From the NCBI GenBank assembly GCA_965209095.1, contig OZ242381.1, forward strand, positions 5,198,667-5,262,666: DNA of 64,000 bases. The letters run 5' to 3'. Under the pieces are notes generated by a model, which saw only the letters and a list, made by a program, of their open reading frames with translations, did no database searches and was not told the DNA's origin. The DNA is from Candidatus Poribacteria bacterium. GTDB taxonomy: Bacteria; Poribacteria; WGA-4E; WGA-3G. Position numbers and translations under genes: made by a program. Below are positions 19,716-30,075 of the stretch, in pieces (the stretch's first letter is position 1; each line of letters begins with the position of its first letter).

Positions 19716-20105
19716 TCAATATGCACTTCTCTCCCGATGTTGTGCATCGTAAGTTAAGAATTTGATTATCTGTTCTGCAGTTTTTGGGGTGAGCCCTGAA
19801 CCCGGTTTTTGCATCATCTTCAGGACATATTTGCGCCATTCTTCAGCAGTAAAATTCGAATTAATTGGGCGTGCGACGGTATGGCATCTACTACATCTCC
19901 GAGTGAATACCGCGTAAAGCGTTTGCATCTCCTCTGGGTATTCTGAGACATCAATAAAGTTTGGTCCTTTGTCTGCAGGATATGTCTTAAGGACAGGACG
20001 TGGTGCACGTATGGCATAATACATACCTAAACCTATGTAAACCAAACCATAACCTATTAGAACTAAAATGATTATTACGACAATCCAAATAATAACTTGT
20101 TGCAC
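19716..20105 (-). CDS. Membrane-anchored monoheme c-type cytochrome
   Basis: N-terminal TM, CSRCH (CxxCH) and distal KMMQKPG Met ligand candidates. Confidence 0.8.
   Translation of the reverse strand: MQQVIIWIVVIIILVLIGYGLVYIGLGMYYAIRAPRPVLKTYPADKGPNFIDVSEYPEEMQTLYAVFTRRCSRCHTVARPINSNFTAEEWRKYVLKMMQKPGSGLTPKTAEQIIKFLTYDAQHRERSAY
19727..19765. repeat. 39-bp direct repeat, copy 2 (3' end of the cytochrome gene)
   Basis: Identical to 18623-18661. Confidence 0.95.
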
Positions 20106-20131
20106 CTCTATGTTTACCTCACGGTTATTAT

Positions 20132-20509
20132 CTATTCAATTGATGGTAACACCTCAATGCTCACATTACCATTTTCTATAACATCTAAAATTACACGACT
20201 TCCAAATAGAAGAAACATGCCAGCTATAGATCCGCCATCTGTACATAACACAGAAACACTTCTTTCTTCTTCATGCCATAACACTTTTGCGATATATTTC
20301 GCTAAAGATACCACAGTACCGTCACCGAGGCGCACCTCTTGATCATCAATCTTTGGTAGTTTGAGGTAGTCAATTAAATTACTTGGTAGTGCCAAATACC
20401 CGGAGAAACCTGTGTCAACTATACACTCAATCTTTTCCCATTGATTTGATCCACCGATTTCCAATTCAATAATAGTTTCTAAATCTGATGTAACTTTTCC
20501 AATTATCAT
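20132..20509 (-). CDS. Clan AA aspartic protease (AF_0612-like)
   Basis: VDTGFSGYLALP and 'IAGMFLL' motifs. Confidence 0.85.
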   Translation of the reverse strand: MIIGKVTSDLETIIELEIGGSNQWEKIECIVDTGFSGYLALPSNLIDYLKLPKIDDQEVRLGDGTVVSLAKYIAKVLWHEEERSVSVLCTDGGSIAGMFLLFGSRVILDVIENGNVSIEVLPSIE

Positions 20510-20775
20510 TGTGTCGGAATTGAAATCTTATACCCCATGCGATGTGCTGCCTCAAACCCAATCCGTAAACTGTAAATGATGGCATCAGGACGCTTAGCAA
20601 GCAGACGCATTGTTGGAGACAAATCATCAGTATCAATTTCATAGTCCCCAGTCTCAATGTCAACAGATAAAAACTTTCCTCTGTGTTCTGATTCTACCTT
20701 TTCTTGAATCTGCTGCTGATAAATCTCTTTGCCTCGGGCAGCAACAACATCGGAAGTGTACTTGCTACGTGGCAT
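20506..20775 (-). CDS. Small protein coupled to the aspartic protease (DUF5678-like)
   Basis: GKEIY...HRGKFLSVDIETGDYEID; ATGA overlap with the protease. Confidence 0.75.
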   Translation of the reverse strand: MPRSKYTSDVVAARGKEIYQQQIQEKVESEHRGKFLSVDIETGDYEIDTDDLSPTMRLLAKRPDAIIYSLRIGFEAAHRMGYKISIPTQ

Positions 20776-20859
20776 AACTATTCTCCCCATCGTGATTTTG
20801 TCTTGAAGTCTTAAAGTCCATATAGTGCCAACCGAATCTTTTCAGTCTTTTAATCCATA

Positions 20860-21169
20860 CTATAGTGGGACAGTTTCTATCCGTTTTACGTTGCGTTTTC
20901 AACAGAAAATCTATTTTTGGCGAGTTTCGAATATGAGTGGAAACCCGATAAAATGCGACACTCCAGCGGAGTACTATGTGTCGACCCCACATACCGCTCC
21001 GCTGGAGCGGAAATGTCAGTTGATAATGTGGCTATAAACATATTGCTCCGCTGGAGCAAAGAGGTCTCCATTTGTCCGTTGTTGGGTGTTGTTTGGTAAC
21101 ATAAGCGGTGAACTAACTTTTTATATCATTATATCAACTCACGTTTGAAAAAAATTGCCCAAACTATAG
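20860..21169. mobile_element. 310-bp MITE-like element with CTATAG ends and 9-bp TSD TAATCCATA
   Basis: TSD at 20851-20859 and 21170-21178; internal GCTCCGCTGGAGC palindromes. Confidence 0.7.
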
Positions 21170-21193
21170 TAATCCATACTACACAGTAGAATA

Positions 21194-23032
21194 TCAGATT
21201 ACATCTTTAACCTTCTGTGCGATAGCATTTGCACTAATGCCGTGAAGTTCCAATAACTCCTCAGGTTTGCCAGAGCGTGGAATACCTGTAACAGCAAGTT
21301 TATGCACGCGGACATCTGCAGTTGCGGCAGCATCTAACACTGCATCTCCCAATCCACCTTCAGGATAGTGATCCTCAACGGTTATTAGTATATTGTTCGT
21401 TTCAGACGCAGCAGCTAATAGTGTTTCTGTATCAATAGGTTTGACAGAATACAGATCAATGATGCGGACATTGATACCGTCTTCAGCAAGTATATCGTTA
21501 GCCTTTATAGCTTCGTGAAGTGTGACACCTGCGGTAACGATAGTGACTTTATCCTCTGCACTTTGCTGAACAACCTTACATCCACCGATAGGAAAAGTAT
21601 CCGTAGCATCGTATAGAATCGTAGTTTTTGGACGCGAAGTGCGGATATAGACTATGCCTTGATGTGCAGCAGCTTCAGCGACAAGGCGTTCCGCAGCGAC
21701 AGCATCACTTGGGTATAACACGACAGACTCAGGTATTGCTCGGAACATCGCAATGTCTTCTAAACCCATCTGAGAAGGACCATCTTCACCGATTGAAACA
21801 CCACAGTGTGAGCCCGCATATTTGATATTCGCCTGCGAAATAGCAGACATTCGGATCTGATCATACGCGCGTGACAGAAATGCGGCGAATGTAGAAACGA
21901 ATGGAATCTTCCCTCGTTTCGCCAAACCGATACCTGCTCCCACTAAGTTCTGCTCTGCGATGAACATCTCAAAAAACCGATCCGGAAAACGTTCCATGAA
22001 CTGTTCTGCATAAGTAGAGTTTTTGGTGTCTCCATCCAGTGCCACAACATTTGGATTGGCAGCACCGAGTTTTGCCAACCCCGTTCCGTAACCGCCGCGG
22101 GTTGCTACCTCTTCGTCAGGTGCATATTCTGGTGGTTCACATGCTATAATGGGAGAAGACTGATTTTCTATCGGATTTGGAGATACTATCTGAATTGGAA
22201 CATCGGTGTGTAATGGACCGAGTTCTGCTAATGCCTTATCAAGGTCTTCACCTTTAGGAACCGCCTTTCCGTGCCAGTTGTCCTCATTTTCAAGGAAGGA
22301 AACCCCTTTTCCTTTATATGTTTTTGCGACAATCATGGTAGGTTTGTCAGTTGAAGTTTTTGCTTTCTCCAGAGCAGGTAGAATCTCATCATAATCGTGT
22401 CCATCAATACCGATGGTTTGCCATCCAAATGCCTCAAAACGACTACAATACGGATCAATATCATGTGCATACATAGTACGTTGACTCTGTCCAAGAGCGT
22501 TTACATCTACAATTCCAATGAGATTATTTAACTTGTAATGTGATGCTAATGCGGCAGCTTCCCACACACCACCTTCAGCGGTTTCACCGTCACCGAGTAG
22601 CACATAGACACGGTAATCCAATTTGTCAAGGTATTTACCGTTGAGAGCCATTCCGAGACCGAGCGATAAACCTTGTCCGAGTGATCCAGTTGCCACCTCT
22701 GTCCAATCAAATCGTGGCGTGGGATGTCCTTCAAGAATGCTGTCAATCTGCCGAAGTGTTAGTAGATCATCTGTTGGAATGATACCTGCTTCAGCATAAG
22801 CTGCATAAAGCAGTGGTGCGGCGTGTCCTTTTGATAAAACAAACCGGTCATTGTTAGGATTTTGTGCGTCTGCACAGTCGTAACGCATCGTATGAAAAAA
22901 GAGAGTAGAAACAATATCTGCTGCTGATAGACAGGTCGTTGGATGTCCTGAACCTGCCTCTGATGTTGATAAAATAGAGTGTATGCGTAAATTAGTTGCT
23001 TTTCTTTTTAGAAGATTCTTCAATGTGTCCAC
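21194..23032 (-). CDS. tkt: Transketolase
   Basis: SGHP, SKGHAAP, TGSLGQG, GDGE and GEDGPSQM motifs. Confidence 0.95.
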   Translation of the reverse strand: MDTLKNLLKRKATNLRIHSILSTSEAGSGHPTTCLSAADIVSTLFFHTMRYDCADAQNPNNDRFVLSKGHAAPLLYAAYAEAGIIPTDDLLTLRQIDSILEGHPTPRFDWTEVATGSLGQGLSLGLGMALNGKYLDKLDYRVYVLLGDGETAEGGVWEAAALASHYKLNNLIGIVDVNALGQSQRTMYAHDIDPYCSRFEAFGWQTIGIDGHDYDEILPALEKAKTSTDKPTMIVAKTYKGKGVSFLENEDNWHGKAVPKGEDLDKALAELGPLHTDVPIQIVSPNPIENQSSPIIACEPPEYAPDEEVATRGGYGTGLAKLGAANPNVVALDGDTKNSTYAEQFMERFPDRFFEMFIAEQNLVGAGIGLAKRGKIPFVSTFAAFLSRAYDQIRMSAISQANIKYAGSHCGVSIGEDGPSQMGLEDIAMFRAIPESVVLYPSDAVAAERLVAEAAAHQGIVYIRTSRPKTTILYDATDTFPIGGCKVVQQSAEDKVTIVTAGVTLHEAIKANDILAEDGINVRIIDLYSVKPIDTETLLAAASETNNILITVEDHYPEGGLGDAVLDAAATADVRVHKLAVTGIPRSGKPEELLELHGISANAIAQKVKDVI

Positions 23033-23053
23033 AAATTTCTATCATCCTTTCTT

Positions 23054-23626
23054 TTATGATTGTTTTATCTTCAATGTTTCTGCGCGTCGTTGCGCTGCAA
23101 GTTTAAGATAATGCTCACTGCAGGTTTTTACGAGGGATTCAAATGTCTTGATCGCCTTCGGAATGTCATGTGTTTTGACATAAGCCTCAGCCTGCCAATA
23201 GATTGATTTGGCTAAAATTTCATTTGTTGCAGATTGCTTCCCTCTCCTCTGTTTCTTTTCGTTCTTGATTGCATCGCTAAATTTCTCAATTGCCTGTTCA
23301 TAATCGTTGTCTTCATAGTAAGCGGTAATCGCTTCTGTATACGCCAGGTTATCTTCCTCTTGTTCGTTAAAGGGAGCGATGTCGATGGTCTGTCCTAAGA
23401 TTAGTGAAGAACCTTTTCTAGCTGGTTCATCTTCTTCATCGTCCTCAGTATCATCAGGTTCTTCTGCTTCATACGCGGGACTTTCGGAATCATTTTCATC
23501 TTCATCTTCTTCATAAACTAATGGATCAAATTCTTCCTCGTCGGTGAGATTTTTTTTATCATCTTTCTCTAAAGCATCAAGAATCTCCTCGTCTAAACCG
23601 TCTAATTCTTCAAGTTTGAAATTCAT
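23054..23626 (-). CDS. Acidic N-terminal region plus TPR protein
   Basis: D/E-rich tract and TPR-like helices; GAGGAG RBS before ATG 23626. Confidence 0.65.
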   Translation of the reverse strand: MNFKLEELDGLDEEILDALEKDDKKNLTDEEEFDPLVYEEDEDENDSESPAYEAEEPDDTEDDEEDEPARKGSSLILGQTIDIAPFNEQEEDNLAYTEAITAYYEDNDYEQAIEKFSDAIKNEKKQRRGKQSATNEILAKSIYWQAEAYVKTHDIPKAIKTFESLVKTCSEHYLKLAAQRRAETLKIKQS

Positions 23627-23936
23627 CTTTCGTCTCCTCATCTTTGATAGATTCAATCGCGTAGTTTCAGTGAATAAACTATCCTCGCGTTTTTCGTTCA
23701 ATAAACGGGTTACATCATGGGTAAGTCGTAAATTAGATTACATATTTATATCATATCAAATTTGAAGGCTGATGTCAAGAAAATCTATTTGATATCTCAG
23801 AGTCATTCTGTTGACACGATTCTGGTATTATAGAATCCCGGATTGGAATGGATTACGCTTAAACAGCGTAATGAATTGCGCACCTACAACGTATATACAT
23901 GTTTAATGATAATCTTAAAAAAAGGAGAATATTTCT

Positions 23937-24743
23937 GTGAAAGTGTGTGTCTCATATTTGATTTGTGCGACACCTCGTTGTGGTGGCTATCTGCTTTTTG
24001 AGGCACTTGAGAATACGGGTCTCGCTGGCATACCTGGAGAGTACTTTTGGGACGACAAAGAATGGGCAAAGAAATTCGGTGCTATTGATTATGCAGATTT
24101 TCTCAATAAAGTTATAGAGAATAGCACAACCGCAAATGGTGTTTTTGGCACAAAACTGATGTGGGGATATTTTGATAACTTCATCGGCAAAGTGTGTCAA
24201 ACGCCGCAATTTATAGGACGTGATCTGTCTCCATATTCAGTGCTATCAGAACTATTTCCCAATCTGCATTATATCTGGATTATGCGTCGAGATAAGGTCC
24301 GGCAAGCAGTCTCTTTGTGGAAGGGACTTCAGACTTGTATTTGGTGGAAACGGGTTGGAGACCCTATACCGAAATTGGAGAAAGAACCTGCGTATAACTT
24401 TCAGGCGATAGATTATCTGGTTCAGGAGATCGTTTTTCACGAAGCAGCATGGCAGGCGTATTTTACACGATACGACATTACACCGTTTACGGTAATTTAT
24501 GAGGATTTGGTGCCGCATTATGAGCAGACTGCACTGAAAATAATGGATTGGTTAGATATATCTTATCCTGAAAACCTTGTGTTTGGTGAAAGACGTTTGC
24601 TGAAACAAGCGGACAGTGTTTCAGAACGTTGGGTTGAGAAATACCGTGTTGACAAAGAGAGAAAAGAAGGGGCAATGGAAAGGTGTTCACCGTTTTCTAT
24701 GTCGTCTTGGCAGTTCAATATGGTTGATATTTGTAATCAATAA
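23937..24743 (+). CDS. Stf0-family sulfotransferase
   Basis: ATPRCGG, PGEYF, GVFGTKLMW and RRDKVRQAVS motifs. Confidence 0.88.
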   Translation: MKVCVSYLICATPRCGGYLLFEALENTGLAGIPGEYFWDDKEWAKKFGAIDYADFLNKVIENSTTANGVFGTKLMWGYFDNFIGKVCQTPQFIGRDLSPYSVLSELFPNLHYIWIMRRDKVRQAVSLWKGLQTCIWWKRVGDPIPKLEKEPAYNFQAIDYLVQEIVFHEAAWQAYFTRYDITPFTVIYEDLVPHYEQTALKIMDWLDISYPENLVFGERRLLKQADSVSERWVEKYRVDKERKEGAMERCSPFSMSSWQFNMVDICNQ

Positions 24744-24804
24744 TCGCTTAAATGGAATTGCGGAGCCCGAAGACCCCGCTTTACAATAGAATGTGAAACT
24801 ATCT

Positions 24805-25605
24805 CTAATACTTTTTAATTCTTGCCCAACTTGTGGTTAATTTGTCTTGTGGTTCAACACTGACAGAACCATACAATCCGTTATCTTTAATATCGTTAAT
24901 CTGATCAGCATCAAGGGCGATACTAAAAATTGCGAGTTCATCCATAATCCCGTGCAAAAAGTGGTGTCCTGTGAGACGGGCCCCAATGTTGATAACTTGG
25001 GTTACACCGTCTGTGTCCATCACTCGATCATTACCGTTATCATCTTGTAGATTACCGTCTACATAGAGATCATGGTCTTGAACAGAGTCGGAACCATTTG
25101 GGAAAACAACAGCACAGTGATGCCATTCTCCGTCACAGACATCATCTCCACCGAAATTTTGTCCACCGTTAACCTCAATTCTTAAGAAACATAGTTCTCC
25201 TGATGGATGTGCCCGAATGTAGTATTTCTGTCCGGCAGCATTCATTCCCCATTTGACCCATGAATGTTGTCTTGTGGAGTCTGATTTAAACCAGAAAAGG
25301 ATAGTTCGTGGGTTTGTGCCTCCTACGCCTGCATATCCATCAATAATCAGGTTATCGTCTTCGCCATCATAATGCAGTCCAGTTCCATAGACAGCATCTA
25401 CCCATTGAGCTCCGACGATTGTTCCATCGCGTCCATTTGGGGAAGAATCATAAGCGATGTCCCCTTCACCTTCTTCAAAAAGATAGACGACTTCAACATT
25501 TTCATCTTCAACCACACGGGCATGGATATTAGCAGTTGCAGAGAGTGTAAGAATAAGGATACCTAAACATAGCAGTAAAGGTCTATTCTGATTTCTAAAT
25601 AACAT
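24805..25605 (-). CDS. Secreted LamG-like jellyroll protein with 'VEPQDKLTTSWARIK' tail
   Basis: Signal peptide, YLFEEGEG, DGEWHH, LYVDG and GIMDELAIF motifs. Confidence 0.85.
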   Translation of the reverse strand: MLFRNQNRPLLLCLGILILTLSATANIHARVVEDENVEVVYLFEEGEGDIAYDSSPNGRDGTIVGAQWVDAVYGTGLHYDGEDDNLIIDGYAGVGGTNPRTILFWFKSDSTRQHSWVKWGMNAAGQKYYIRAHPSGELCFLRIEVNGGQNFGGDDVCDGEWHHCAVVFPNGSDSVQDHDLYVDGNLQDDNGNDRVMDTDGVTQVINIGARLTGHHFLHGIMDELAIFSIALDADQINDIKDNGLYGSVSVEPQDKLTTSWARIKKY

Positions 25606-25991
25606 ATACTTTTTCCTCCAATTTGGAAGTAATTTTATTCGCTATTGAACATTTGCGTTTAAATTCGGGAATATAGTTTTGCTTTCTGTTATAACAGAGT
25701 TACTGTTTCTTTCACTAAACAACGAAAATAAGTGTTGAATGTATTAACGTCAAAACATCTCATGCATTACGTAGTTTTCATTACCTAATATTACTATTAA
25801 TTGTAAAAATTAGCAACAAAATTGTGTTTGAAGATAAATTCAATTGTCCATTGGTATGATTCTTGTTGCCTGAATCGTAGATTTCTATGGATTACGCAGA
25901 TTTCTCGGAATATTGAGTATGGAACTTCTAATGCCCTTTCTAATAGATAAAATGTATTTGCGTGAGTAGTTCTTGTTCACGTTGTTTTGTG

Positions 25992-26153
25992 TTATAGTAT
26001 ACTTTAGGATTAATTGAACATCACGAGCAGTTCGGTCAGAAAACCGAAACTAACGCAGACGCTGTAGCATAACCTGTTAGGTTGTGTTCCGTTTCTGCAC
26101 AACCTAACAGGTTATGCTACAAAATGTCCCTTTAATTCTAAATGTCACCATAA
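25992..26153. mobile_element. 162-bp MITE/REP element (family B) with a 59-bp internal palindrome
   Basis: TGTAGCATAACCTGTTAGGTTGTG...CACAACCTAACAGGTTATGCTACA; near-identical to 37601-37762; fragments at ~33215 and ~63540. Confidence 0.85.
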
Positions 26154-26225
26154 ATCGGGGTTAGAAACCCCTCCTACAAGTTTGATAGCGAATAGGTGGC
26201 AACTTGATTTATAATGACACGTGGA

Positions 26226-28137
26226 TTACCCTGGCAGCGCATTCTGATAATTTACTCCTGTGAACATGCCGAGTACCATCCACGCGCCGACGATGCCAAA
26301 CTCACCAACAATCAATCCCATAAACAGTGGACGGCACCGTCGATAATATCCTATTCCACCAGACTTAAGGATCAAGAACTTCACAAACCATCCGACAAAG
26401 ATACATGACCATAGGAAATATGAGGAATAGACCGCGCCCATCACATAGCCGATTGGATGCAACTGCCACCATATAAATTGCCGTTGCATGATGATTAGAA
26501 ATGATGTGATGCCGACACCTAAAAGCATGCTGTATGCCTCCCCTAATTTCATATCTCTGGGATATTGGATTAAGGAAACGATGTGGTTGAAGTATCTTGG
26601 TGCTCCGATGAAGGGTCCACGTTGCAGATTTACCCCGCCTTTATCATAAATCAAGGGTAGTGCTGCTGCGAAGGAAACACCGATTGCTGCTACGATTGCC
26701 AGCAGCATTGCCCCGAGGAGTCTTCTACGATGTAATCTGACAGGGTCTGCTGCTTTGAACCCGTGGAGAACACTTGGCATTAAAATGCCACCCCAGTCAC
26801 GCATCATGACGCGTTGAAATCCTAAGAGTGCTAAGCTGTTAGCGTTGATGATTCTGGAACCGGTAACAATCTCAAAGTATTCTACGGGATACATCGGAGC
26901 TTGAATAAGCAGCATGCCACCGTTGACCACCATCCACGACAAAGCGGTGGAAACAATCAGGAACAGAATGATAATACTACAGGCAACCCACAATGACATT
27001 CCCGCATAAGCACAAAGTATGGCAAGCAGTAGAAAACTGATAACCCCTCCGAATACTGCCCATCTATAGGGTAGCACTTCGTTGGAATCGTCAATCGTTA
27101 AGGTTGGGGATTTTGTGAATGTTCGTTTCAGTATGTCCATGATGTGTGACCGACTGTTAATAAGGAAAGCGATGACCATCACAACATAAGCAGCCATCGT
27201 CTGCCCTCTGGCACATATCCACGGACTGATAGGGATTGCAAATGCGTTGATGATGATATATTGTAACTTGAATATCAGAAAGAAGAACCAACAACTAAAT
27301 GAAACATCCATGGCAAGAAAATAGGTTATGCCGATTACAGAGAAGTAGAGGAAGAAGCGGAATTGGGGCCACCATCTCATCACAATCCACGGGCGTTCTG
27401 TGAAAGGTGCGTATAGGTCGTAGCGATTTGGGATAGAGGGGAGTGCTGGGACATACTCGTGCAGTCCATTGAGTAGGTGAAATGCTGCAGCAATGCCGAA
27501 TCCTATCCATACGAGTTTTTTATTGAAAACAGAACCAAATTTTGTTTGGGTTGCAGATTGTTGAACAAGTTCTACAGGAACTGTTACGAGTGGAAATATG
27601 AATCTTTCGCGTTCTACCCACTGCTTCCGCAGGATGATTGAGACACAGATAGTTACAAAATAGAAGAGTAGGATAAAAACTGTCCATACGATCATCGGTT
27701 TTATCCAGAGTAACCATGGAACGACCGCCTCTCCTTCGTAGAAATTTACGACAGCATTTTTATCCCATACGATTAACCATTCTGGTAGGTGTGGGTGGAG
27801 TGTTTCTGCCCATTCGTTTTCAGATGTGGCAAAATAGACAGGTGCTGCTAAATATGGCAACAAGAATCCGATCATTCCTTTTGATGGGATCGCTGAACTT
27901 ACACACATCATTATCCAAATAACTATGAGTTCTGCAGGACTTAGCATCGCCTTTGGTAATATCTTCTTGAAGACAGAATTGATAACGAAGGTAAGGAAGA
28001 TAAGCGTGAATACCGCCCCTAATGGGAAGTGGTTACCAGAGATGTCTGTTCCTTGAAGGTAGTAGTCATTGTAGGGTGTGATTGCTGTTTGAACGATGAC
28101 GAGTGCTAACCCGATGAGAATTGCCCGTTGGGGTCAT
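26226..28137 (-). CDS. Multi-TM membrane protein (DUF6785-like putative transporter) with a +1 frameshift right after the start
   Basis: LRKQWVERERFIFPL and WWQLHPIGY motifs; removing one C in ATGACCCCAA joins MTQRAILIG to ORF 26226-27947. Confidence 0.75.
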
Positions 28138-28186
28138 CTATTTTCTACCTCTGATATAAAAAGAAGCTATTAGGACATTCGGAGCC

Positions 28187-29647
28187 CTAATGTGAAGCGA
28201 CGCGCGGGACCATCTGTGGATGTGCGTAGACAGTGGCATCAAAACTTTTTTGCATAAGCTTCCACTTGACATCTTGATAATCGGAATGTTCGGAAAGGTC
28301 GTTGTGTTCCCAAGGGTCATTTTCAAGATCGTATAACTCACATATTCCTTTCTGATGGTAGGTGACGAGTTTCCAACGTCTGTCTCGGTACATTGTCGCG
28401 TGGGTCTGGTCTTCAGTTGAGAGTGCCCCGAAGAACTCAGAACGGACTGCCTCTCTGTGTTCTGATACTGGAGCATCGCTACACAACAGTGGGACAAGTG
28501 ATTTGCCTTGAACGTAATAAGGGATGTCTATTCCCAACATATCATATAGTGTGGGAACAATATCAAGAAGTTCCACGAGTGCATCGCTTTGGACGTTTTG
28601 TAAGAAACGTGTAGGATAAGAGATGATAAGTGGTACCCTTGCCAATCCCTCATAAAAACGACATCCTTTGTGTGCCAACCCGTGGTCACCGAGTGATTCC
28701 CCGTGATCAGAAGTGAAGATGACAATAGTGTTTTCACGAAGTCCCTCGGCATCAAGGTGGTCAAGTATGCGTCCGAACTCGTGGTCAAGCTGTTCAATCA
28801 TGGCGTAATAAGAAGCCTGCATCTGTTTATGGTCCCACTCTTCGGGGGGTTTTGACTGAGATTGAAAATCTATACCGGCATTTGTTAATTTATTTTGAAA
28901 AGCGATATCAGTTTCCTGAAAATAGCAACCCGGTAATGTTTCTGGGTCGTAGCGGCGGTAATATTCCCAAGGTGCATCAAATCCGGGATGTGGGTCGAAT
29001 GGATTGATGTTTAGCATCCACGGTTGGTCTTTGCGCCTGTTTTTGTTGATAAATTCAATCGTTTTTTCGGTACACCAGTAAGTTTGATGGAGGTGTGGCG
29101 GGATATTATCGCAATCTGGTGTCGGTTCAGGAAATTGTCCGGTCTTTTTCTTCGGTTTTTGATTAACGACTCTTTGTTGTAATAATTTTCCAAGGTCTTC
29201 ACCTTGTTGTCGCAACCAATCGGCATATTCGTGTCCATAAGCCTTCGGTTTGCCGTGGTCGTGGCTATATTGGAAGTAACGATAGCCGTCGTTGACACGG
29301 TTTTCTTGTCCATCAAAGGCACTTGCAAGATGGAGTTTTCCAATCAAACCACAGTCATAACCGTTATTTGCCAGCACATGAGAAATAAGTCTATCTTCAT
29401 AATATTCAGGAAACACTGGATTGCCGTTACCGGTGACGCTTATGGCAGAAGGATACATACCTGTCATAAAACTTGCACGGGAGGGTGTGCAGATGGGTGA
29501 TTGGCAATAGGCGTGCGTAAATGCAGTTGATTGGCTAACAAATTCGTCCAGACGAGGTGTGTGGATATGTGGGTTGCCTAATGCTCCAATGGTGTCAAAT
29601 CGTTGTTGGTCGGTGCAATACCATAAGATGTTTGGTCGGTTTTCCAT
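28187..29647 (-). CDS. Cys-type sulfatase
   Basis: RPNIL, CTPSRAS, GKLH and SDHGE motifs. Confidence 0.95.
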   Translation of the reverse strand: MENRPNILWYCTDQQRFDTIGALGNPHIHTPRLDEFVSQSTAFTHAYCQSPICTPSRASFMTGMYPSAISVTGNGNPVFPEYYEDRLISHVLANNGYDCGLIGKLHLASAFDGQENRVNDGYRYFQYSHDHGKPKAYGHEYADWLRQQGEDLGKLLQQRVVNQKPKKKTGQFPEPTPDCDNIPPHLHQTYWCTEKTIEFINKNRRKDQPWMLNINPFDPHPGFDAPWEYYRRYDPETLPGCYFQETDIAFQNKLTNAGIDFQSQSKPPEEWDHKQMQASYYAMIEQLDHEFGRILDHLDAEGLRENTIVIFTSDHGESLGDHGLAHKGCRFYEGLARVPLIISYPTRFLQNVQSDALVELLDIVPTLYDMLGIDIPYYVQGKSLVPLLCSDAPVSEHREAVRSEFFGALSTEDQTHATMYRDRRWKLVTYHQKGICELYDLENDPWEHNDLSEHSDYQDVKWKLMQKSFDATVYAHPQMVPRVASH

Positions 29648-30075
29648 ATCTATTGTTGTTCCTTTATCGGTTTCTGATTTTTGGAGTGAATTGACAGTTA
29701 TTTTATCAAATCTTTGTGTTTTGATATAGGAAAATATGTTTTTTCTGAACCAAGATTTACAGATTTCCAGGATTGTTTAGCATCACTGAAATTATGTGGG
29801 TATTTACACACAAGTATCATAGAGATCTCCGAATGATTGTTCATAGGACTGCATTTCAAATAGGAATTGAAGAGTGATTAGTGTGATGTTATACTGCAAT
29901 ATATCAACAATTGCCTGAACATAATTGTTGATTTGTTCGCTGAGTTAAGGCTTGCTCCTTTCTATTCTAATCACTTTTTATCTATAAATTCTCTCCATTA
30001 GAAAAATATGCAACCGTTTTCCTCCTAATTTGCGACATTATAATAAATCAAACTATTGCTTTTTGGAGATAGCAA

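Noticed and set aside
20765-21099. Four short overlapping ORFs
   Set aside because: They lie in a palindromic MITE and have no protein features; most other short antisense ORFs in the track were dismissed as shadows of real genes.
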